Assembly (NCBI RefSeq): GCF_000711695.1
Contig: NW_013547018.1
Span: 186,001 to 250,000, forward strand
Direction of reading: 5' to 3'
DNA length: 64,000 nt
Source: Tilletiaria anomala UBC 951
Lineage: Eukaryota
The first letter of the stretch is position 1, and the number at the start of each line of letters is the position of its first letter. Shown piece after piece: positions 1-11,025 of this stretch. The position numbers and the translations under genes are program-made. The notes beneath the pieces were generated by a model. It was not told the DNA's origin. It did not search any database and saw only the letters and a list, made by a program, of their open reading frames with translations.

Positions 1-30
1 AATTGGCTGAGCTAGCGTAAAGACACTCAC

Positions 31-1001
31 TGTAGACAAGTTGCCCGTGGTGGTGGATGATCCTCTTGATCTGGCCCTCCTTCTCGAGGTGGCGGATCGC
101 CCGGCGAGCGAGAGAACCGTTGACTTTGAGACGGTCGATCAGAGTCGACTGCGAGATCATCTTGAACGTTGGCACCTCCTTGAGGATCTTGTCGTATGTG
201 GGCTTGTCGAGGACGACAGAGTTTTGGGCCTGCGATCAGTGGGTCAATAGTACTGTCAGCAGCCCACTCGTGTGCGCTAGGCAAGCAATACGCACCTTGT
301 CCTTGACCTTGCCCTTGCTCCACTTCTTCTTCTTGGAAGTCTTTGTCGCCGAAGCGAGAATGGCGGCCTTCTTGGGTGGCACTGTTGGTGAACGAGAGAG
401 AAGGTATTCAATAATCTGAAACAGGCTCTGTGGGATTGGCATGCTCGCAGCATGCATGCAGCGTGCGATCTGAACAAGCGAGGCAGCGCAGCAACCAACC
501 CAGAGCCCAGGATAAGCTAGTTGTTCAGATCTAGCGCCGCCACAATGCGTGACATGGTGCCCCACAACCACTGTTGGCTTCCTTGCCTTTGTATCGAAAG
601 TGCACAGAGTTTCCCAGGCTGATTTCCGTGCTCAGCAATGGCAAGGAGGGCGCAGCTGAAGAGAGCATGGAGGAAGAAGGCCGGATGTGCAGGCTTGAAG
701 GTGGCACTGATTCCACCTTGAAGAACGCCCTGCTCGGCAGCCCCAGCCATGCTCGCCTTTAAGCTCATTCTCGATTAGCTCCTCAATCTGAGCTTCCCAA
801 GACGGCTTCAGGCATCGCACTTCAAATCCAGCCTTGCAATTTCGCTTAGGACATCCTATCCCCAGCCCAGCAAGTGATGCCGCTTCTATCCACAAGCTCT
901 TGCCCCTCCTTGCTTCCGCTAATGGCTCTGCTGGTGCGCTTTCCTGCCAGGAGCAGCTGCCGCAGTGCATGCTGCGATTCAAGCATGTTGCTAGACTCAC
1001 T
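31..1001 (-). CDS. RPS25: 40S ribosomal protein S25 (eS25); last exon lies left of the window
   Basis: Spliced translation MPPKKAAILASATKTSKKKKWSKGKVKDK|AQNSVVLDKPTYDKILKEVPTFKMISQSTLIDRLKVNGSLARRAIRHLEKEGQIKRIIHHHGQLVY matches eS25 (KKKWSKGK motif). Coding exons are 1001 (A of ATG), 381-296 and 229-31. GT..AG introns are 1000-382, 295-230 and one opening at 30. Confidence 0.95.
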
Positions 1002-1708
1002 TTTGACAAATTGCTGTGCGAAAGACCGAAGCAAAGATGGAAGGTAGAAAGAGAGATGAAAGAGAAAAAAAGCGTCGAGCGTGCTCGCTCGTCCAGGTGG
1101 TTGGTTGGGCGGCGGCGCGGCAAGTTCAGGCGAGCGCACAACCGTCTGTGCCTGCCAGGATGGAGTAGGGTTGTTCATCCTTCCAGCCGCAGTTTATTCA
1201 GCCCTCGCGTCCCTCATATCGATGGGGATGGAAAGTGTCGGTGCAACTCAAGTGCAGCACGTGATCAACGCTTCGGCGCCGAGACCGGGTGCACGGACCC
1301 CTCCCGGCGCCACTTGAATTTTCGTTGCCGGCTGTACGGAAGCGGGGCGATGCCATGTGCGTCATCTCTCCCAGATAGGCTGGGTGCTGCGCTAAGTGTA
1401 CCGTGCAGCAAATGGACACATTCCTGGTCAGCACGAGCGGATGAGGCAAGCGCAGCAGGCAGCGTATTGCAATCCCGGATGGGCGGCTAGGGCCAGTCAC
1501 CTTGGACCGTACCCGTTTCATCGGCTCAGCAGAGTTGTCGCTCTACGGGGGTACATCTGGGAGTTGCGTGTGAGATACATATACTCGTAGTATCCATCAT
1601 ACGGCGACATTGCTTTGTCTGCTTTCATCGTCCCCTAGCTCATGTGCGCAGCCCGTTAAGAAAATATGCAGGCACCTTGATAACTGCGAGGAGACACTGT
1701 CGATCAAA

Positions 1709-3817
1709 ATGCAGCTCAAGTTGTCCCACCTGCTGCTCGTCGCAGCAGCGGCCACCAATATCGCAGCCGTCCCAGCTGCACAGTCGCCCCCCCAAATCGA
1801 GTTTCCGGCAGGAGGCTCATCGTCCTTCTCCGCGCCCATTGGCGTCTTCGGACACTTTATCTGGCCTGGTGGAAAGGTCGTGAATGCGATCTCTTCGCTC
1901 CTCTCCTCGGCGCATGCAACAGCAGGAGCAGGTGTCGTGGAAGAGGTCAAGCAGGCGGCTGCCACCTCAGCCACATCGTCGTGCCACGTCCACTTTACTC
2001 AGGACCAGGGTGCCCTGCTGTTCGAACAAGATGACACTGGCGATAAGACCCTTTGGGACATCATCAATGATCGCAAAGACCTCAGTATGCTTGCCCATGT
2101 CCTCAATTACTCGAGCGACAGCACGAAGGATCTCCTTGCCAATGGTTCCAGTCTAACACTCTTTGCACCTGTCAATCGCCCACACCGTGATCATGATCAC
2201 GATCACCATGACCACCATCATCACCCCCATCATGGGCACCACGGTCGTTTCAGCTCTATGGAAACACTCATGCCCGAACAGGACGTTTGGTCTATGTTGC
2301 AAACTCACATTGCGTCCTACGAAGCAGTCACGACCGCCAGGGAGGGTAACAGTGTTAGCAAGGAGGATGACAATGACAAGGAGCGTCGTCGCAAGATCCT
2401 TGCCAAGATTATCGATGCCGTCATATCGTACCACCTCGTTGACTCAGAGACCACTCTAACTGGCAAGCAGCTCGCTGACAACTCGTCCGTTGCAACGCAA
2501 CTCAGCACAGAGTGGCGCAACCTCAACGACGGTCAACCGTGGCGCGTCAAGATCAGCCAGCATCTACTACCGTTCCCGTCGATTCGGGTTAACCACTACA
2601 GCACTATCATTCGCCCAGATGTTAAAGCAAAGAACGGCTTGCTGCACGCCATCACGCTCCCACTGTTCCCTCCACCATCCATTTTGCAGCTGCTCTACTT
2701 TTCCACGCCCGACCTGAGCGCTTCAACCTTGGGCCTGGTCAAAGCGGGCGGCGACGGCTACCTGGCGCTGCCGAAGCCGAAGCCGGATGAGAACACGCCC
2801 GATGAGCTCGACGGTGCGTACGAGGATGCCTTTTTGAGCTTTTTGCGCAATGCCCACAGCGAGCGCGAGCACCCACACTCGTACCCGGGCCCAGGCACCG
2901 CCGCTGCGACGTTTATTGCCCCGTCCAATTTGGCCTGGCGCCGGCTTCCACCGACACTGCGCCTCTTCCTACTCTCGCCGTGGGGCGAGCGCTGGCTGGC
3001 CAAAATCTTCATGCTTCACGCTTTGCCGCACGACATCGTCTTTGCTGATAGTATCCATCATGTGAAGGCGTCCGGCGATTCGGACGGTAAGGATGGCTCT
3101 GTCAAGGTGTGGGAGGAGGTGAACGTCGAGCTGCCACACTGCCTGCAAAGACGGCCCCACCGTGTCGCGCACCACTTCATCTCTGGCAGTTCAGCCGTTC
3201 CCAACGATCTAGCAAATAAACTCGGTTTCCCTGGGATGCCGAGGATCCCCAACATTCCCAAGATTCCCGCCCCACGCTTCCCGGGACGACACGACGAGCA
3301 CAAGCACGACCCGCATGACGGCCAGCCAGAACCCGAGCCGGAGCACCATGGCCGCGCGAACGTGACGCACTACACCTTCCTGTCCGCCTTGCCGAAGATC
3401 CACTGGCATAACCACACTTGCCATGGCCCGCACAGCGAGCAACAGGTCGTGTTTGCACCGCCGCACGACGATGATTCGCAAGAGGGCGCAAAGAAGTTCG
3501 AGACCGTCGATGTCGATGTGTACAGGTACCACATGCTTCCGGGCAACTTTGATCCCGTGCAGACGCGCGTCGTAGTGCAAGGCGAGCCGGTTTGGTTCCA
3601 GGACGTGCCAGCTTCGAACGGAGTCGTCCACGTAACGCACAGATTCATCATGCCCAAGCACATCAAGAAGCACAAGGGCGCACATAGGCACGAGCACGAG
3701 GAGCAGCGCCCCGCGCCGACGGGCAGCATCGATGCTTTCTGGGAAAGCATCGTTTCCGAGGCGCAAGAGGCGGGGTTTGCGCTTGACGATACGGATATCG
3801 AGTCGCTAGGTCTCTGA
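1709..3817 (+). CDS. Secreted fasciclin (FAS1)-domain protein with His-rich inserts
   Basis: Intronless ORF from ATG 1709 (TCAAAATG context) with hydrophobic signal peptide MQLKLSHLLLVAAAA. Two sets of FAS1 motifs: LTLFAPVN / ISYHLV / DVKAKNGLLHAI, and TFIAPSNLAW / DVPASNGVVHV. Confidence 0.8.
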   Translation: MQLKLSHLLLVAAAATNIAAVPAAQSPPQIEFPAGGSSSFSAPIGVFGHFIWPGGKVVNAISSLLSSAHATAGAGVVEEVKQAAATSATSSCHVHFTQDQGALLFEQDDTGDKTLWDIINDRKDLSMLAHVLNYSSDSTKDLLANGSSLTLFAPVNRPHRDHDHDHHDHHHHPHHGHHGRFSSMETLMPEQDVWSMLQTHIASYEAVTTAREGNSVSKEDDNDKERRRKILAKIIDAVISYHLVDSETTLTGKQLADNSSVATQLSTEWRNLNDGQPWRVKISQHLLPFPSIRVNHYSTIIRPDVKAKNGLLHAITLPLFPPPSILQLLYFSTPDLSASTLGLVKAGGDGYLALPKPKPDENTPDELDGAYEDAFLSFLRNAHSEREHPHSYPGPGTAAATFIAPSNLAWRRLPPTLRLFLLSPWGERWLAKIFMLHALPHDIVFADSIHHVKASGDSDGKDGSVKVWEEVNVELPHCLQRRPHRVAHHFISGSSAVPNDLANKLGFPGMPRIPNIPKIPAPRFPGRHDEHKHDPHDGQPEPEPEHHGRANVTHYTFLSALPKIHWHNHTCHGPHSEQQVVFAPPHDDDSQEGAKKFETVDVDVYRYHMLPGNFDPVQTRVVVQGEPVWFQDVPASNGVVHVTHRFIMPKHIKKHKGAHRHEHEEQRPAPTGSIDAFWESIVSEAQEAGFALDDTDIESLGL

Positions 3818-4110
3818 AAGTCTCAGCTTTGGCCTTGATTCACAGGCACACCCCGATATCAACCATACTGTACCTGCCCTTCTGAAGGCAGAGCCGATCC
3901 ATTGTCCCGTATATCTTGTTTGTTTTCGATCGCTGCTTCTTCATGAGCTCGTGCTCTAACGAAACTATGGGTCGTCTTCTCAACGCGTCTTTGTGCACAC
4001 GCAAGTATTCCGACATGTGCCATGCAAGCGCTATAGTCGCGGACTTGAACTGATAGAACCCTTGATCATGATCGGTGCGTCCCTTTATCGCAACCGTGCC
4101 GTCTGTATAG

Positions 4111-6889
4111 CTACAAAGGCCTCAGTCCATACTGCTCAAGAACACTGCGACTGCTGGTGGTGCTGTTCTTCTCGTGAGTACCTGAGCCCAAGCCTGTTCC
4201 AGGCGCGGGGGCCGGGCTGCCGAACACCGGATCGGCGCCGGAAGACGTTTTGGGGAAGGCAATGACGTCGCGGATGGATGGGGCTTTGCAGATAATGGCC
4301 ATCAGGCGGTCGAAACCTATCGGATAGAGACGTGGTTTCAGCAGCTGCGTATTTGCGCGGGAAGAGGCATCCGTGGGGGCCCAAGTTTCACTCACCCAGC
4401 GCGATGCCGCCATGCGGCGGTGCGCCGCACTTGAGGGCGTGCAGCAGATGCGCGAACTTGTTTGTCTCCTCTTCCGAAAGGCCCAGGACCTGGCGCATGA
4501 TTAGCTCCTGTATATCCGCTTGGTGAACACGAACACTGCCGCCCCCAATCTCAGTTCCGTTGAGTACAAGGTCGTAATGCTGACCGCGGATGCGCGAGAT
4601 CAGTGCATCGCGCTGTGTGGGTGACGCAGGATGCTTAGAGTTCGATGAAAGGGGCAAAAGCAGCGGCAAGTCCTCCTTCATAGGTGACGTGAACGGATGA
4701 TGCGTGCTGCTCCATCCGAGCATCTCAGCGGTCAGCTCGTCTTGCTCACGCGTGAAGAGCGGGAACTCGGTCACCCAGAACATGTCATCTGCCTCCTCGT
4801 TCCCTCGCGCGCACACACGGATGCCTTGCGACAGGAGACTTTGCGCCAATTGCAGGCGCAGATCACCGAGGGCAGTGCTGCCTCCCACAGGAGGGTCGGT
4901 GCGTGACGAGACAAACACAAAACAAGCGTCGCCGTCGGCGCCTTTCACTTGCTGTGCCCACGGTTCTTCTTTGGCAGCCGCGAGCGCACCTTCGATCTGC
5001 TTGGCGAAATACTCGACGTCAACTTCAGAAGCTGGGAACTCGCTCGAGGTGAGGAAGGTGGCGACGTGTCTGCTCTTCTTGAGCAGCAAAGCTGCGAGCT
5101 CATAAGGTGACGAGAGGCGTGCCTTGAAGCGCTCAATGGGCTGTGTGGAGCGCAGAAGAACATGGGAATGATCAGCTCGTGGTAAAGTGGGCTCTGCAGA
5201 TAGGGCGGTATCGCTCACAGTTCTACCCTTAGCCTGTCCACGTCCACTGAGCTCCTTGAGCAACTGTTCTACTGTCTTGTTTGAAAGCGCCTCGCCGGAA
5301 GCTGGGCAAATGATCATCTCAACTACTGTGTCAGGCGTACTCTCTTCGGCTCCATCATGCTTCTCTTGCTGCAGAACACTCTCTGAGCCCGAGAGGGGAT
5401 GAGCACGCAAGCCAGCGCTCAAACAACGTATTCGCAATCCAAAGCGCCGATCAGGCTTATCGGACCCGTAGACGCTCATCGCGTGGTTGTACGTGATGAC
5501 CGGAAGCAGTGGTCTCAAACTTTGACCATGAGCCGAGCCTTGCTCGCCGGTAGATGGAGCTTGGGCAGGCCGCAGGCCAGATGCAAACAAGTCTTTGCCA
5601 AGCGCTTCACTCCATACGCGCGCCAGCATGCCTTCCACTGCGTCGCGCACTTCACCGCCACCCATACGCCATGCCGAATTCTCTAAAAGCTCGGCAGTTG
5701 TGCTGTTGCTGAGGCCGCCATTACCTCTCGTCGGCGCCTCGCTGACGAAAGCAACCTCCATATCGATCTGCGTGAATTCGACCTGCCGGTCCTTGCGCCC
5801 GTCCTCGTCCCTAAAGCATCGCGCAAACTGATAGTAGCGATCTACGCAGCCAGAAACCACGAGGAGCTGCTTAGGCTGCTGCGGTGATTGCGGGAGGGCA
5901 TAGAACAGCGGTTCACGCAAGGATGAAGGGGTGGAGTAGGGAGATGCGTTGAAGGGCTCTACCGTGCTCGAGCCTGAAAGGCGTGTAGGCACGATAAATT
6001 CGGCTGCACCCTCCGGAGTCGAGCGGAGCAAGATGGGTGTCTCTACCTCGCTGAAGCCTTGTTGATGCAGATAGTTACGTACGACGTGGGCGACTGAGCT
6101 CCGAAGCTGTATGTTTCGCGCCAGGGCCGGCCGTCGCAAGTCTAGATACCTATAGCGGGCGCGCAATTCTTCATTTGCTAGGTTGGCCGTGTCATGTGGC
6201 TGGAATGGTAGCGAAGGAGACGCGAGATTGAGAACCTGGAAGGCGCCTAAAGACAGCTCGATCTCGCCAGTGGGTGTAGCGCTTCCAAGAGCAAGAACGG
6301 CATCGCGTGGTCGCGGTTTCACGGTGCCACGGACGGCGAGTACGCTTTGGAGCGGCAAAGACTCAAGTTCGTCTAGCAGTTGTGCAGCCCCTTTCCCCGC
6401 ATCACCGTCTTCCGAACCGCCACGGACGACAACCTGCGTCACACCGTACGCATCTTGTAGGCAGAAGAAGCCTAAGTTGCGCGACAGACGACGAAGGGGA
6501 AGGAGCCATCCTGCGAGAATGACTTTGGTGTTGAGTTCGGCGTGGGTTAGATTGAGACCACCGCAAGTGTGTGTGCGTGTCCATGACGGGGTCGAAGCTG
6601 AAAGGGAAGAAGGGTGCGGCAGAGGATTGGATGACGCTGGCGCTGAAGTCGAGTACACACGCACAAAAGGGTTGCCTTGCCAAGGCGAGTGGCTGTGCCC
6701 AGTTCGGTCTGACATGTCCTTTAGGCTGTTCCACATTGATCCAGAATGCAAAAGAGTCTGCGTGCAAAATCTGCATGCGCTGAGCACACGTCCCGACCTG
6801 TTCTCACGGGGACTCGGGAACGGAATGATCGATCGCTGCATTCGCAGCCGTGCAGACCGGGCGAACCACGGCGGGCATTTGGACGCCAT
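4111..6889 (-). CDS. MSD1: Mitochondrial aspartyl-tRNA synthetase (bacterial-type AspRS)
   Basis: RTHTCG N-terminal motif, OB fold, [73 protein letters not shown] and [15 protein letters not shown] across intron 4395-4317. Basic N-terminus resembles a mitochondrial presequence; the exact start Met is uncertain. Confidence 0.93.
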
Positions 6890-7455
6890 GATCGCCGGGA
6901 AACCGGGGAAAAACGGTAGACTCAGGAAGGATCAAAGTGGCGTTTCCTTGGCCGGCAGTCTGATGGTCGACTACCCGCTCCAGATGAAGTAGAAGAAATG
7001 CATATCGAATGTTGCTTGTCTGCTTTGATCTCTCGCCTGAAGTTGTAGTGTGGAAACCAGAACATTATATCAATACTAAGAGCGGTGCTGAGAGACATGA
7101 GTTGCACCGAATCTCTCGTCTCTTCCGAGTAGTTAACAGTAGACTCTTCCTTCGAGACGACCCATCCGGATTTCGGTCAGGCTCATCAGCAACATACGAA
7201 AGGGTCCCAGTTCCAGAATAGACTTGCGGCTTACCTGGATGCCCCTTCTCAGGCTTTCATCCTCTAAAAGCCTCACGTATCTGTACAGCACCCGAGACAG
7301 ACGCAAGGTTGGGAAAGAGCAAATTCAGGTAGCACGGGCAGACATTTTCCAGCCGGCAGCGAATCCGACCCAGCAGCTGTTCTGAGAAGGCCAAATCTGG
7401 CGCGTGACTTAGCCTCCTCTCTAAACCCACAGGGCCATAGCATTATCCTGTGACG

Positions 7456-10400
7456 ATGGATGACTACGATGAATTGTGAGGGTGATGTCCAACGAGTACC
7501 AATGTCTTCTTATTTTCTCACGAGTACTGATTCATTGTCACGCGCAGTGGCAACTACATCGGCGCGCTGTCCGACTCGGACGAGTCCGAAGATGATTTTC
7601 AACAGCCGCAACGCCAGCAGCATGTCTCGCCACGTATCCATGACGAGCTTCCTCCCTTGGAAGGGTATGGCGATGCAGGGGCGGAGGAGGGAGACCACGA
7701 GATGGATACCGCCGGTCCGTCGATGGCACTGATGCAGGTGAATGAAGCAGCATCTAATGCCGTCATTCTGCACGAGGACAAGAAGTACTACCCAGATGCA
7801 TCAGAAGTCTACGGCGAAGGCGTGGAGACGCTCGTACAAGAGGAAGATGCACAGCCCATCACGCAGCCAATCATCGAGCCGATCAAAGTACGCAAGTTCG
7901 CCATCGAGGAGTCCGACCTGCCTCCAACTCGCTTCGAGCGCAGTTTTATGATGAACCTTATGAACTTCCCCGAGATGGTACGCAACGTCGCGGTTGTCGG
8001 TCATCTGCATCATGGGAAGACGAGTTTGATGGATATGCTCGTATACGAGACGCACAAGATGGAGATGGACACAGACAGGCCGATGCGCTATACCGACTCG
8101 CATCTGCTGGAGCGCGACCGCGGGGTGTCAATCAAGTCGGCGCCGCTGAGTTTGGTGCTACAGAGCACAAGAGGGAAAAGCTACCTGTGCAACCTTATCG
8201 ACACACCGGGGCATACAAACTTTGTGGACGAAGTTGCGGCAGGGTGTAGACTTGTTGACGGTGTCGTGCTGGTCGTCGACGTGGTCGAGGGTGTCATGTG
8301 CAACACGGAAGCCATCATCAAGCACTGCATCGTATGTTCCCAAGACGTTCTCAAACTCTTGCATGAGCAGGATTCCAAATATGTACGCACACTGACATAC
8401 CCTAATCCTTTCGCTACTAGCGCGAGGACCTTCCAATGGTCCTGGTCCTCAATAAGCTTGATCGGCTGATTCTGGAACTACGCCTCCCCCCGACCGATGC
8501 GTACTTTAAGATTCGCCACACACTCGAAGAGGTAAACAATGCCATCGCATCCGTCTCTCGCAATCCGGATAGGCGACTATCACCCGAGCGCGGCAACGTC
8601 GTGTTCGCGTGTGCGCAAATGGGCTGGGCTTTTACGCTTGGAAGTTTTGCAAAGATGTACGCAGATACTTCTTCAGCAGCAGCAGCGGCGCGGCGCGACG
8701 CAGAAACAGGAGCGGGAGGAGGTGGACTAAATGTCGATGCCTTCGCAAAGAGACTATGGGGCAATATCTGGTACAATGCTGAGTCGCGCAACTTCACGCG
8801 AAAGCCCGCGGATCCGTCCGCTCCCCGCAGCTTTGTCCACTTCATCCTTGAGCCCTTGTACAAGCTCTACACGCAGGTTCTCTCCTCCGACTCGACTGCT
8901 CTGCAGAAGACACTCGCCAAATTGGACATACACCTCAAGCCAGCGGTATTCAAAGTCGACGTACGGCCGCTCTTGCGCATCGTACTGAACCACTTCCTTG
9001 GGCCCAGCACAGGCCTTGTGGACGCCATAAGTGGGCACCTGCCGGACGCCAAGGAAGGCGCACAGCGGAAGCTCTCCCGGTACTATACTGGTCCGCAAGC
9101 CGGGCCTTTGTTTGACGCGATGAAAGCGGTGGATCCGGATGCGCCGCTTGTCGTGTATGTCAGCAAGCTTTACGCGACTCAGGATGCGAGCGAGTTCCGC
9201 GCTTTCGGGCGCGTCGTGAGTGGGACTGCGCGGTCCGGCGCCCGTGTCAAGGTGTTGGGTGAAGGCTACTCTGTCGACGACGAGGAGGATATGGTCCAAG
9301 CAACCATTGAGGGCGTCAGCGTCAGCGAGACGCGCTATACCGTCCCAGCCGAGGGCATTCCGGCCGGTAACCTAGTACTCCTCGCCGGCGTCGATGCATC
9401 AATCAGCAAGAGCGCCACGATTGTCGATGCCGCACTCGAGGCGGACCAGCTTCACATCTTCCGACCGATCGCGCACATGACGCAGAGTGTGCTCAAGATC
9501 GCTGTCGAGCCGCTGCACCCGTCCGAGCTGCCGAAGATGCTTGACGGCCTGCGTAAGGTGAACAAGAGCTATCCGCTTGCCGTCACCAAGGTCGAGGAGA
9601 GCGGCGAGCATATCATTTTGGGTACTGGAGAGCTATACTTGGATTGCATCATGCATGATCTCCGAAAGCTGTTCAGTGAGGTGGAGATCAAAGTCAGCGA
9701 CCCAACTGTTAAGTTTAGTGAGACGGTCGTTGAGACGAGCGCGGTCAAATGCTATGCGCAAACGCCCAACAAAAGGTAAATTCTTCAGCTAACCCACTTT
9801 TTCTCCTCCATTGGCTTCCACTGGTCCAGTCATACTAAATTCCGCTCTTGCTTTTTGCGTCCTCCAGGAACAAGCTCACGATTATCGCCGAACCGCTTGA
9901 AAAGGGTATTGCAGAGGACATCGAGTCTGGTAAAGTGAGCATCCGGCTTCCACCTAAGGAGCTCGGGCGGTACTTTGTCGAGAACCACGACTGGGACATT
10001 CTCGCATCGCGATCGATCTGGGCCTTTGGGCCGGAAGACAACGGCCCAAATATTCTTTTGGACGACACGCTTCCTTCCGAGGTGGACAAGACCCTGCTGT
10101 ACAGCGTCAAAGAGAGCATCAAGCAGGGCTTCCAGTGGGGAGCGCGCGAAGGCCCACTGTGCGATGAGCCGATCCGCAACGTTAAGTTTCGCATCCTCGA
10201 TTCGGAAATCGCGCAGGAACCCATCTATCGGGGCGCGGGCCAGGTCATCCCGACGTCTCGACGCGTCTGCTATTCGAGCTTCCTGCTCGCCACGCCCAGG
10301 CTGATGGAGCCGATGTACGCTGTCGAAGTGCAGGCGCCGCAGGAGTGCGTCGCGGCGGTGTACACGACGCTCGCGCGGCGCCGTGGCCACGTCGTGCGCG

Positions 10401-10810
10401 ATATCCCAAAGGCAGGCTCGCCATTGTACACCGTTAAGGCGTACGTGCCGGTCATGGATGCGAACGGGTTCGAGACGGACTTGAGGACCGTGACTCAAGG
10501 GCAGGCGTTCTGCCTGCAGACGTTCGATCACTGGTCCGTCGTACCCGGCGATCCGCTCGATGCTTCCATTAAGCTCCGGCCGCTGGAGCCTGCACCACCG
10601 CTGGGACTCGCGAGGGACTTTGTGCTCAAGACGAGACGACGAAAGGTACGTGTAGAGCGTGGCTAGCAGTGCTTGCGATCAGGCTAGCAATATGCTGACT
10701 CAATGCACGACTTATATCGCAAACAGGGCCTCAGCGATCAGATTGCCGTCGCGTCGTACCTCGACCCGGAGATGGTGGTTGCGCTGGCTGCAAGCGGGTA
10801 CGAACTCTGA
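7456..10810 (+). CDS. SNU114: U5 snRNP GTPase Snu114 / EFTUD2 (116 kDa)
   Basis: MDDYDEF|GNYIG start, [18 protein letters not shown]-loop, DTPGH, NKLD, EF2-like domains, [12 protein letters not shown]. Exons 7456-7475, 7548-8331, 8421-9775, 9868-10645 and 10727-10810. Confidence 0.96.
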
Positions 10811-11025
10811 TTGTGATATTTGTAGTTAGAAGAGCAGGAGAAAAAGCAAAGCAGAGATACCTTTGTTGTGCTTGCATGAGTCCATGCGTTGCTGCAGATA
10901 TGTCACCGTGGTTCTATACATACATGCGTCTTTCCATTTTAGTGACCGCCATGTTACTGGCTGTGTAGGGTTCGATGTAGCAGTGTAGATAAGTGAGTAG
11001 AGTGGTACAATGCGTCGACGCTCGG

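Noticed and set aside
4066..4113. Readthrough-like stop context TAG CTA at the end of the AspRS gene (cryptic peroxisomal isoform, as known in smut fungi)
   Set aside because: The extension would end ...GTHRS*, which is not a PTS1. No other gene here showed a TGA-CTA plus PTS1 extension.
7148..7200. Hammerhead-ribozyme-like core on the minus strand (CUGAUGA-GCCUGACC-GAAA-UCC-GGAU-GGG-UC)
   Set aside because: Core words are in the right order and stem III can form, but stem II is only 1 bp and the proximal stem I does not pair. Such matches are expected by chance in 64 kb. An Rfam scan would settle it.
7228..7240. U1 snRNA-like 5' end (CTTACCTGG)
   Set aside because: No U1-70K loop or Sm site follows; it is simply the reverse complement of a splice donor.
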